This document shows, piece after piece, positions 1 to 12,045 of a stretch of DNA of 64,000 nt (the stretch's first letter is position 1; each line of letters opens with the position of its first letter). Below the pieces are notes generated by a model. It was given only the letters and a program-made list of their open reading frames with translations, made no database searches and had not been told where the DNA came from. A program made the position numbers and the translations under genes. This stretch comes from Lama guanicoe (taxonomy: Eukaryota), in NCBI GenBank assembly GCA_013239625.1, contig MU053472.1:3519410-3583409 (forward strand), in the 5' to 3' direction.

Positions 1-1149
1 CTGTACTTGCTGGTAAACTTGTCTGATTTTTCCTCTAAACTGAACACTTCTTGAGGAAAGGAACATGTATTTTATTTCTGTATAAGTAGCATTTAGCATC
101 AGTGCTTGGCATATGGTAGATACTTAATGTTTTTTGATGACTAAATAAACATTGCTCTCATTACAGTGAAATTAATTTGCCACTTGAAATCCTTCTGTAG
201 TAAGGTGGAAAACAAGTAAACAAGAAAATAAACTCCATTAACAACAGTTTCAAAAAAGGATACTGTCTTTAATTCTAATCATACTGTTTTTAGGATTTAC
301 TGTTAATTATATATACTATGAAATACCAAATGATTCAGTATCTTGCTTGAACATAGCTGATCATATATGGTTCATGAACTGAATACCTATAATAATTTTT
401 TCATGGCATATATTAGCCACAAAATTAGCAAGCCACGTATAAGGCTAGATAGACAGCCATTTAGAAAAGTAAACAGCTTTCTAAAATCAAGGAAACTTTT
501 AATTAAAATCTCTTTCATATAGTTTTGGGGGAAATGAGAAAAAATTCAGTTTCATGCTTTAGTAATTTTGACCTATGTAGGAAAATAAAAATTACTATTC
601 ACTTAATGCAATATTTAATGAATTTTTCCATCGTAATGTTTAATTAGTTGGTTTGAGTATTTGTATGGCCTCATTCTGAGAGAATGTTTCTATTTTATAT
701 TTTTCAATATATTTTTACAGACCTACACTAGAAGCTGATATCACTCACCCTATTTCTTCCTCCTCTCCTTGATAGTCAAGGATAGTTTAACTTTAATATT
801 CTGTATATGTTGAACATAAACTAGGTATTTTATACATAAAATGAAATTCTGACTCCAAAGGACAAGCTTTACTTTGAGACATTTTGCAGGGTATGATGCA
901 AAGGAATAATGATTTTACAATGATAATGATTCCAAAAGTGTTACAGCATATGGACCTCAATGATGGGAATACACTTCTAGAATAAAGTGATCAGTGCCTT
1001 ATGTTAATTTATAATCCACTGCTTATTAATGATCAGTATATATTTTACTGGCTTCTAAAATATCACATACTGAATATGTGACTAATATAGACTACAAACT
1101 AATTGAGCAAAAATATTTCTCTTTTCTTTATACTTAGTTTAAAAGAATT

Positions 1150-1362
1150 TTGGTGGAGTTTGAGATTTGCAAATGTTACCTGCTATATATAAAAATAGAT
1201 TTTAAAAAGTTTCTTTTGGGGAACATATTCAATATCTTATAATAACCTTTAATGAAAAAGAATATGAAAACAAATATATGTATGTATATTCGTGACTGGG
1301 ACATTGTGCTGTACACCAGAAACTGACACATTGTAACTGACTTTACTTTAATTAAAAAAAAA
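1150..1362 (+). mobile_element. L1 3'-end fragment
   Basis: ...tgtgctgtacaccagaaactgacacattgtaactgac... followed by an A-tail; the same motif recurs at 1780-1860, 19625-19820 and 47650-47785. Confidence 0.75.
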
Positions 1363-3121
1363 TTTTTTTGGATTTCCTTCCAAAACGGACACTATGTTGA
1401 GTAGATGACGATTATATTAGGCATTGAAACTGTATAAAAAATAGGTGGCTTTGGCTACTTCAATAATTTATATTGAAATTGAAAAATCAAAATATTTTGC
1501 AGGATTAGTCAAATGCAAAATGGAAAAACAAAAATCTCCAGGCACCTTAGTGAGTGAATAATGATGTTTATTTGCCATTATTGTGAACTATACACCAAGT
1601 TGTCAACTTTTTTCAGTCTATTATTTTAAGCATTTCTGGATTACTAACTGTGTTTTTAATAAGCAGCATGAATTGTTAATCTTTTCATTAGAGGCAAGAG
1701 CTTAGAAAACTATTTGGTGCAAAAACTTTATCATGTTCTCTATTTATAGGAGTTTATGAAGATAAAATAAAAATCCTACATATATGTATAATTGAATCAC
1801 TGTGCTATACACCAGAAATTAACACATTATAAACCAACTATATTTCAATTGAAAAAGAAAAATCCAACCATCCTCTCTCCCTCAAAAGGTAGATTAGTTA
1901 TAGTTAGCCAGGAAAGTGGATGTTCCATGAGGAAGAAACAGCATCTACAAAATCAGAGAGACAAGAAATAACATGTTATCTTTAGAGAATTGGAATTAAT
2001 TCAATTATGTCAGTAAACCTAGTGAGCCTAGATTAGAAGGAAAAGAGACTAATGGCAGGCAAATTAGTTGGGAGGCTACTAAAGTAATCAAGGTAAGAAA
2101 TGGTAAGAGCCTGAACTCAGAAATGACAGTGCTCAAAATTCAAACGATTGAATTGCACCCTCACTGAAATTTTCCCCTATAGAAATGTTTGTAAAATAGC
2201 AAAAAAATCATAAAATGAACATCATAGCTATAACCTCTTGAGTCAGTCTACCTGACTGATGTCCTAGTGACACTGCTGATGGTGGAAATGAGTTCTTTAA
2301 ACTTTCTGTGTTGTGGCCATCGTATCTACAAAATGGGCTAATAATAGAACCTAATATCGAATACTTTTTGTGAGGATCAAATGAAGTATTAAATATAAAA
2401 AAGCGCCTGAGCAAGCTCTCAATAAATGTAGTAGCAGTAACAGAAACAGGAGAAGCTTATTATTACTAGTTCTACAATTATTATTTCAGTTGCAGAGGTG
2501 TAAACCTCTGCAGGTTTACACTCTAACAAAGTCTTATAGAAAGATATTATTAGAAAACATCCTGGTAAAGCACAATTAAATGCAAAGTTTTACTTATTTG
2601 TTTTAAAAGACCGAAAATTATTTTTAGATGCACAATTAACTCTCCATATGACCTTGAAAAGCTGAAAATATTTTTGTTCCTCCGATCATGTAAGTATATT
2701 GTGAATAATAAGACAAGTCTCTAAGATATATATTAGATTATTTATAAGCTGCCTTAAACCAAGACTATATGAACTAATATATATTCAGTGTTGCCAGAAA
2801 TCAAATTCCAAAACGTCACAGGTCATTCCTATTGCAAAATCAGTGACAGCCTGATTTAATGACTGTCACCTTTCATATTTATGTGATAACTTGTTAGGTT
2901 CAGTAAGAACATGTTCACAACATGATTCTTGCCCTCTAGAGTTTTAGCGCCAGAAAGAATTTTACACATCACATACCTTAAACACAATTTTATAAATACT
3001 ATATATATTTACTTTAAAAGTATAACATTTTATTTTTGTTGCTTGTTTTCATATGCAAATATGAAAATTGGCTGTAGCACAATATACTTCTCAAAAACAG
3101 GCTTATTAAAAAGCAGTTTTT

Positions 3122-6100
3122 CTGCAAAAACTGCAAACATATGGAGGCTAAACAATATGCTACTAAACAACCAATGGATCACTGAAGAAATCAAAGAGGA
3201 AGTAAAAAAATACTTCGAGACAAATGAAAACAAAAACATAACGATCCAAAACCTCTAGATGCAGCAAAAGCAGTTCTCAGAGGGAAGTTTATAGTGATAC
3301 AAGCTTACCTCAGGAAACAAGAAAATCTCAAGTAAACAACCTAACTTTACACCTAAAGCAGCTGGAGAAAGAAGAATAAGAAAACCCCAAACTTAGCAGA
3401 AGAAAAAAATCATAAAGATTAGAGCAGAAATACATGAGAGAGAGATTAAAAAAACAGAAAAGATCAGTGAAACTAAAAGTTGGTTCTTTGAAAAGATAAA
3501 ATTGATAAACCTTTAGTCAGACTCACCAAGACAAAAAGGGAGAGGACCCAAATTAATAAAATCAGAAATGAAAAAGAAGCTACAACTGACATCACAGAAA
3601 TATAAGGGATCATAGGAGGCTACTATGAGCAACTATACGCCAACAAAAAGGACAACATAGAAGAAACAGACAATTTCTTAGAAAGGTACAATTTGACAAG
3701 ACTAAACCAGGAAGAAATAGACAATATGAATAGACCAATTACCAGTACTGAAATTAAATCGGGAATTAAAAACCTCCCAACAAACAGAAAGTCCAGGACC
3801 AGATAGCTTCACAGGTGTATTCTACCAAACATTTAGAGAAGAGTTAACACCTATCCTTCTGAAACTATTCCAAAAATTTCAGAGGAAGGAACACTTCCAA
3901 ACTCATTCTATGAGGCCATCATCACCCTGATACCAAAACCAAAGATACCACGAAAAAAGAAAATTACAGGCCAATATCAGTTATGAATATAGATGCAAAA
4001 ATCCTCAACAAAATAGTAGCAAATCAACTCCAACAATGCATTAAAAGGATCATACACCGTGATCAAGTGGGATTTATCCCAGGGATGCAGGGATTTTTCA
4101 ATATCCATAAATCAATCAATGTGATATACCACATAAACAAACTGAAGAATAAAAACCATATGATCTTCTCAATAGATGCAGAAAAAGCTTCTGATAAAAT
4201 TCAACATCCATTTATGATTAAAAACTCTCCAGAAAGTGGGCACAGACAGAACATACCTCAACATAATAAAGGCCATTTATGACAAACCCACAGCTAACAT
4301 CATACTTAATGGGGAAAAGCTGAAAGCATTTCCTCTAAGATCAGGAACAAAACAAGGATGCCCGTTTTCGCCACTTATTCAACATAGTTTGGGACGTCCT
4401 AGTCATGGCAATCAGAGAAGAAAAAGAAATAAAAGAAATCCAAATTGTAAATGAAGAAGTAAAACTGTCACTGTTTGCAGATGACATGATACTATACACA
4501 GAAAACCTTAAAGAAATGACCAGAAAATTACTGGAAATCATCAATGAATTTGGCAAAGTTGCAGGATACAAAAATACAGAAATCAGCTGCATTTCTATAC
4601 ACTAACAATGAAATAGCAGAGAGCAAAATTAAGGAAATGATACCATTTACCATCACACTAAAAAGGATAAACATCTAGGAATAAACCTACCCAAGGAGGC
4701 AAAAGACCTGTACTTGGAAAACTATAAGACTCTGATGAAGGAAATGGAATATGACAGAAACAAATGGAAAGATATACTGTGTTCTTGAGATTGGAAGAAT
4801 CAATATTGTTAAAATGGCCATGCTGCCCAAGGAAATATACAGATTCAATGCAGCCCCTATCAAATTACCAATGACATTCTTCACAGAGCTGGAACAAAAA
4901 ATGTTAAAATTTGTATGGAAATACAAAAAACCCCAAATAGCCAAAACAATCTTAAAAAAGAAGAACGGAGCTGGGGGAATCATACTCACTGACTTCAGAT
5001 TATAACTACAAAGCTTTAGTAATTGAAACAGTATGGTACTGGCATAAAAACAGACACATAAATCAATGGAACAGGATAGAAAGTCCAGAAATAAACCCAC
5101 ACACTCATGGTCAATTAATCTACAACAAAGGAGGCAAGAATATACAATGGAGAAAAGACAGTCTCTTCAGTAAGTGGTACTGGGAAAACTGGACAGCTAT
5201 CTGTAAAAGACTGAATTAGAACATTCTGTAACACGGTATACAAAAATAAACTCAAAATCGATTAAAGACTTAAATGTACGGCCAGATACTATAAAACTCC
5301 TAGAGGAAAACATAGGTAGAACACTATCGGACATAAACCACAGCAATATATTTTTTGAACTAGCTCCTGGAGTAATGGAAATAAAAAAGCAAAAGTAAAC
5401 AAATGGGATCTAATTAAACTTAAAAGATTTTGCACAGCTAAGGATACCATCAACAAAATGAAAAGACAACCTACAGAATGGGAGAAAATATTTGCAAATG
5501 ATGCAACCAACAAGGGACTAATTTTCAAAATATACAAATATCTCACACATCTTACTATCAAAAAACAAGCAACTTACTCCAAAAATGGGCAAAAGACCTA
5601 AACAAGCAATTTTCCAATGAAGACAGATAAATGGCCAATAGGCACATGAGAAAATGCTCAGCATCACTAATTGTCAGAGAAATGCAGATCAAAACTGCAG
5701 TGAGGTATCACCTCATACCAGTCAGAATGGCCATCATTAAAAAGTCTACAAATGATAGATGCTGGAGAGGGTGTGGAGAAAAGGGAAACTTCCTACACTA
5801 TTGATGGGAGTATAGATTGGTGTAGCCACTCTGGAGAACAGTATGGAGGTTCCTTAAAAAATTAAAAATAGATTTACCATAGGATCCAGCAATCCCACTC
5901 CTGGGCATATGCCCAGAGGAAAATGTAATTCAAAAAGGCATATGCACCCCAATGTTCATAGCAGCACTATTTACAATAGCCAAGACATGGAAACAACCCA
6001 AATGTCCATCAAAAATGACTGGATAAAGAAGATATATACAATGGAATACTACTTGGTCATAAAAAAGAATAAAATAATGCCATGTGCAACAACATGGATG

Positions 6101-6212
6101 GACCTGGAGATCATCATTCTAAGTGAAGTAGGTCAGAAAGAGAAAGAAAAATGCCATATGATATCACTTATGTGTGGAATCTTAAAAAAAAAAGACACAA
6201 ATGAACTACTTA
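3122..6212 (+). mobile_element. LINE-1, 5'-truncated and lacking its 3' tail; degraded ORF2 (RT and Cys-rich region)
   Basis: ORF fragments [11 protein letters not shown]..., [42 protein letters not shown] are L1 ORF2p; many stops and frameshifts. Confidence 0.95.
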
Positions 6213-7214
6213 TTATTTATAACTTAGATGATTGCTTTCTTGAATATGTGTAAGCATATTTGACTGTCCTTTATGATTGGATTACCACATTCTGTTGATT
6301 CTTATTTTGTGGCTGGCTTTATTCTTTTGATAACTATGTAAGTTTAAAAAGCTAAAGCTCTAAACTGTTCTTAGAAACAATGACCAGTATATATGTAAAC
6401 TAAAAAAAAGTGCAGTATATTGTATATATGTATTTACATGCAATAGATTGTATATGTGCACTCAAATTTTAACAATTCTACCTAATAAAACTGAAAAATA
6501 AAAAAAGTAAAGCAGCTTTTATTTTCGTTTTTGTATTTTAGATTGACAAAGTAGAAAAATGTGAATAAGAAATCACTATATAAAAATCAAAGATCAGAGG
6601 TGGTGCCTTATGGTAGAAGTAGGTCTAGTGTTTCAAACCCATAAAAGACAAAAACTGTAATGTTTCTGTAGAAATACTATAATTCATTATGTAATCAAGT
6701 CATCTGGGAGAAAATTATCTTTGATATTTCTAACCCAGTAGATTAGTCTTTTGGTTCTTTTTCTTTGATAACTTAAACTAAGATAGGAACTAATGGACTG
6801 GTTTTCCTCAAAGCTATACACCAGAAGGGAAAATCTAAAGTGAAAATGCACACAAAGAATTAATACGCTCAACCTTTTAACTAGCTCATTACTCTCTATA
6901 CAGTATTATTATTATTCAAAATCATCATTGTTCACAATATTCTCAAAGAGTTCACATGAGAAACTCTTTAAAGTGCGTGAAAATATTCGTTTACAAAGTT
7001 GTGTAGTATTAATCAGTAATAAAAACTGCAAACTTTTTTCTGCAGCTGTTAACACAGACCAATAACATAAAAAAGGGAGCCAAGCTCCTCTGCCATTCAG
7101 AGCAGAGCAGAGGAAGAAAGTAATAAGAAAAAGAAGGTAATGAGGACAACCTACAAAACTCTGGAAAGGAAACAATCTAGACTGAGTAGCAAAAAAGCTG
7201 AAGATCCATTCATT

Positions 7215-7810
7215 TATTCAACAAACATTTAATGAGTGCCTATTATGTGCCAGGACCTGTACTAGGTGCTGGATACACAGAGGTAAATAAAACATTCTGT
7301 ATCTGTTGCCCTCAGTCTGGGACAGAGACATCAAATAACTAATACCTGAATATATATAGGTATAAATTGTGATAAGTGGATATAAATAAAAAGCAAAGGA
7401 TACTATAAAAACCAAAAACCAAGCCTTAATTTAGACCATAGGTAAGGAAATATCTCTATGAGGAAGAGATATTTAAGATAAGACCTAATAGTTGAGTTGG
7501 ACAGTTAGAGAGAAGAGGAAAAGTTGCTTGGGCAAAGAAAACAAAAGTACAGAGGCCCTCAGGCAGGAGAGAGCATGGCAGGTTCTGGGAACTAAATCAA
7601 GACCACTGTAATTTAAGTATAGTAACTGAGCAAGAGCAGAGGCTGAGCAAGGTGAGACCAGATGATTGCTGTATGGAAAACTGATTGAAGGGAGGGAAAC
7701 CTGGAACAAGAAATAGCAGGTAAGAGTACTGCTATAGACAGCTAAGAGCTGATGGAAGCTTGGACCACACTGGTGGGAGTGGAGAAAAAAAGAAATGAGC
7801 GTGTATTTTT
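7215..7810 (+). mobile_element. LINE-2 fragment
   Basis: cattTattcaacaaacatttaatgagtgcctattatgtgccagg... is the typical L2 3'-end read in reverse; further L2-like sequence at ~10960-11385 and ~12050-12600. Strand shown is the strand read. Confidence 0.7.
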
Positions 7811-7934
7811 CTTTCATTTAGCTTAATTAAAAGACCTTTAAACAAAGTAATTTAAATGCTCTTCCATTTGCTTCTCTAATATAGTACAAATTATTACTAA
7901 AATGGTCAAAGATGCCCCACTCTAATCATTAAAG

Positions 7935-8472
7935 TCTGTGAATACTAATGAGATAACGAGCCCGTGATGGTGTGATGTTATATGGCAACTTGATCTTAAG
8001 ACAGGGAGACTATCTTGGTGGACCCGATCCAATCACATAAGCCCTTATAAGCATAGAGTTTCCTCTGGCAGACAGCAGGAGAAGCCAGAGAGAAAACGTA
8101 AGAAAGGATGAGAAAGACTTGATGTGCCATTGCTGGTTTGAAGATGGAGAGGGCCATATATCAGAAGGAATGTGGGTGGCTTCTGGGAGTGATAATCAGC
8201 CCACCCCCGCTACCTCCCACAGTCTGCAAGGAAACTGAATCCTAGACTCTGTTAACAACCTGAATGGGCTGGAAAGTAAAGTCTTCCCCTGAGCCTCCAG
8301 ATAGTCCAGCCTGGCTGACACTTTGACTTCAGCCTTGACTTGAGACCTTAAGCAGAGAACTCAGCTGAACATTCCCAGACTTCTGACCTAAAGAACTGTA
8401 GGATAATAAATGGATGTTATTTTAAGCCACTAAGTTTCAGTAGCATGTTACACAGCTATATAAAACTAATAG
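7935..8472 (+). mobile_element. MaLR solo LTR (MLT1-like)
   Basis: Hallmark motifs ...gacttctgacctaaagaactgtaggataataaatggatgttattttaagccactaagttt...aaactaata. Confidence 0.8.
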
Positions 8473-8881
8473 AAAACTACCACCCCATAAACTATGTGAG
8501 GAGAAATTAATAATTCAGTAATCTAAATCATATTATTCTCTAGTCATAGAAAGAAATCTAGGAAAAACAAATTAAGCTTGCTATTTCTCCAAAGGCTAGA
8601 TAAAGATGAATTTTGTGATTGGAGTGAGCACCCATATAATACGACTTTGAGATTAAATGTCAGATATATGTTATAGAATTAAAACTTTTGTTATTAAGTC
8701 TAAACCTGTGCCATTCAATATGGTAGCCACTAGCCCCAGGTGACTACTAAATATCTTAAATTTGATATTCCAATTGAGATGTGCTTTAAGTATAAAATAT
8801 ACACATGATTTTAAAAATTTGGTATAAATTTAAAATTTGGTTTGTCTCAATAATATTTTAATACTGATCAAGTTTAAATGG

Positions 8882-9225
8882 GAACATAAACACAAAACAA
8901 ACAGACTCACAGACATAGAATACAAACTTGTGGTTGCCAAGGGGGAGGGGAGTGGGAAGGGACAGACTGGGAGTTCAAAATTGGTAGATACTGACGGGCA
9001 TATGCAGAATAGATAAACAAGATTATACTGTATAGCACAGGGAAATATATACAAGAACTTGTGGTGGCTCACAGAGAAAAAAATGTGACAATGAATATAT
9101 GTATGTTCATGTATAACTGAAAAACTGTGCTCTACACTGGCATTTGACACAACATTGTAAAATGAGTATAACTCATTAAAAAAAAGTTAAAATAAATAAA
9201 TAAATAAATAAATACATAATAAATA
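8882..9225 (+). mobile_element. Young L1 3' UTR fragment with (AAAT)n tail, abutting a truncated hAT MER3/MER33-like element (~8705-8880)
   Basis: aacagactcacagacatagaatacaaacttgtggttgcc...gacacaacattgtaaaatg plus A-rich tail; closely related copies at 30384-30446 and 46634-46828 (minus). Confidence 0.8.
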
Positions 9226-9920
9226 CTTTATCAACACACACAAAAAAATACAGGCCAAAAGGATACATTCCCCAAACTCCAGAATTACCTCTGGGAGAGA
9301 AGAAAAGGGAATGAGTTCATAGAAGAGAGTGACAACAAAATCTCCGTATGAAATGTTTTATTTCCTTAAAATAATCTTAAACAATATGTTAATTTGTTGA
9401 AACTGGATGGTGGTTATATGGATATTGTTTTATTATTCTGTTATTTTCTAAATGTTTATTTTAAATCATTTTATAACACCAACAATATTTTTCTCATACT
9501 TATCTGCTTAGGGAATAAACTAGTAAAATCTTGTTAGTGGACATTTTAAAATGTACCAAAAGCCTTAAATATGTGAATATCTTTAATATAGTCCCAACAC
9601 TGTATACTACATAGAAATGTACTCTAAGAAAACCAAAGGTTTGCTCAAAGGATGACCATTACAATATTCTTAAAGCAATCAAAAATTGGTTACACCTAAA
9701 ATGTCCAATAGAATTGTGATTAAATTACTGTGGATTCATTTAAAAATTATATAAAATGAGAGGTGGGGTGAGATGTGTGAAGGGAGAGATGAAACAAGAC
9801 TGGTCTCAAATTGATCATTGCTGAGGCTGAGTGATAAGCATGCTTTTTTTTAATATACTTTAAATTTTCTACAATAAAAAGTTTTAAAATGTGAGAATAC
9901 CAAAATTTACTTAAAAAAAA

Positions 9921-10043
9921 TTGGGGGGGTAGATAATTAGGTTTATTAATTAACTTATTTATTTTAATGGAGGTACTGGGGATAGAACCCTGGACCTTGT
10001 GCATGCTAAGCATGCACTCTGCCACTGAGCTATACCCTCCCCC
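9921..10043 (-). mobile_element. tRNA-derived SINE (camelid Vic-1-like)
   Basis: Reverse complement reads GGGGAGGGTATAGCTCAGTGGCAGAGTGCATGCTTAGCATGCACAAGGTCCAGGGTTCTATCCCCAGTACCTCC... with Pol III A and B boxes and an AT-rich tail. Confidence 0.88.
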
Positions 10044-11388
10044 ACCCTAAGTTTTTTTTTTTTAAGTAGTTAAAATAGTAAGAACAATGTCTTATTTTTA
10101 ACCTCTTGGCTCATTCATTAAATCAGCAAATATCTATCATGTGTTGTCTATGTGCCTGTCATTATTGACCTAGGGATGTGATGGCAAATGTGTAACTAAT
10201 AATCTAATGCAAATACCTCCAAACTCTTGCTCAAGTACCCTATCAAAAAAATTTGGAGCATCACAAATACCCCCAACAACAATGCATGTATACTCTTCTT
10301 ATATATATGTGTGTATATATATGTATACACATGTAAATTCCATACATACACATCCATGCATACACACTCACATGTGTATACAAACATACCACTCTCACCA
10401 GCAATATATCAGTATTTCTTTGAGTAAGCTCTATTCTACATAATTTACTTAATAATTCCATTTTTCCTGATTTCTCATCAAATATAATTATATCACCCTA
10501 AAAAATCTAACATAACTAAGGATGGGAGAAGTATAGGCTCTTAAGTTTTGTTGCTTCTTACACTTGTATTACAAATATTATGTTCAACCCATGATTTCTC
10601 TGCAGGAATTTTTAAAGCCAATTGTCTATTTTGTGAGGGTTAATGTTGATAAAACCAAGAAATATAATTAATAAATCCATTTAATCAAAGTAGGTAAACT
10701 GCAATACTTCATAAAGTTCTGAAAATTGGAGGGAGGGTGCCATCGTCAACTCTTCTAAGCTATGAAACTTGCACTTCATCAGAATACTTCATTTGCCATG
10801 CTTAAAATGAAATCAGTTGTTATACAGAACAAGCTGCCAATCTCAATCAATGTATCAAATATTAATAGCACTTAACTTCATGATTTGTACACAAGAAAAT
10901 AGATTTTAATATTTTATTCCTTCACCCCAATGGGTACACCTCATTTTGAAAACCACAAGTCTAGTAAAAGATACATAAATAGTCGTGGACAAAAAAATAA
11001 TAAATTAAACAAGTGCTACAAGAGGAATAAGCACTGGGTATTCTGTAAGAGGATATGGAAGAGACACCTAACTTACGTGTAGGGTTGGTGAAGAAAAGAA
11101 GAGATGTTAAATGAAGACCTAAAGAATGGGTAAAAGATTGGATTGGGTGAGGTGAGGGTGGGAGAGCATGGTAGATCAAGCAGAAGGAACAGTATGTTAT
11201 GTCCAAAGGTGCAGAGGTAAGAACAAACATCGCACATTCAAACTAACATATTAATAGTCTAAAATAGCTGAAGTGCAGTTTCTAGAGATATAGAAATGGG
11301 ATGGAGTAGGTGGACAGTGATTCCAGGATGTGCCTGATAAGGTTATAAAGCCTTGTCTGGGTTTTATCTGGAGGGCAATGGAGAGGTA

Positions 11389-12045
11389 TGTGATGAAGAT
11401 GTAAAGAATTTGTCCTTGCTCAAAGAGAGGTCTGGCCTTTGTTCTCAGCCCCTGGGAGGTAACCTCTAAACTCCTGGAATTTCTGGAGTAATAGGAATGT
11501 CTTTGTTATACATGGTGGGCCCATTGGACCACATGGTATCAGCCTGAAGGGAGACCTGGAGACTAAGTTCAACCATGGGGGCAATCAATCAATAAGTCAC
11601 AATAAAAGCCCTGGACACTGAAGCTCAGGTGAACTTCTTGGGCTGGCAATACTCCATGTGTACTGCTACACATCGATGATCCTGAGAGAGTAACACATTC
11701 CTGAGGACAATGAAAGTTTCACATTTGAAACCTAGATTGTGCCTCATGCATCCCTTTCTTTGGCTGGTTCTAATTTGTATCGTTTCCTTATACTGAATTT
11801 TAATCCATTAGTATAACAGCTTTCAGTGAGTTCTGTGAGTCTTTCTAGTGAATTACCAAATCCAGATGTGGTTTTGAAAAACCCTAAACTTACAGTTGGT
11901 GTCAGAAGTGAGGATGGTCTTGTGTGGACTCTTCCCTCTAACTTGGTAGTTGGACCCTAACTCCTTGCAGACTTCTGCCTCAGGTACAGTTGCCTGTCTG
12001 GAAGACTGTGCCTTTATAACCTCACAATTTGGCTAACTCCAGGTA
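11389..12045. mobile_element. ERV-class solo LTR (MER21-like) inserted in L2
   Basis: Starts TGTGA; internal aataaaagccctggacactgaagctcaggtgaactt motif typical of MER21-family LTRs; L2-like sequence on both sides. Confidence 0.6.

Noticed and set aside
3983..6253. ORFs with reverse-transcriptase motifs as a novel RT system
   Set aside because: They are frameshifted fragments of ordinary LINE-1 ORF2.
6212..8882. Idea that the L1 body (to 6212) and the L1 3' UTR (from 8882) are one element split by an insertion
   Set aside because: The intervening DNA holds much older L2/MLT/MER relics and the junction sequences differ; more likely independent insertions.
9921..10043. tRNA-like sequences (also 23262, 51333, 55161)
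   Set aside because: Pol III boxes belong to a repeated SINE with tails and TSDs; not intact tRNA genes.
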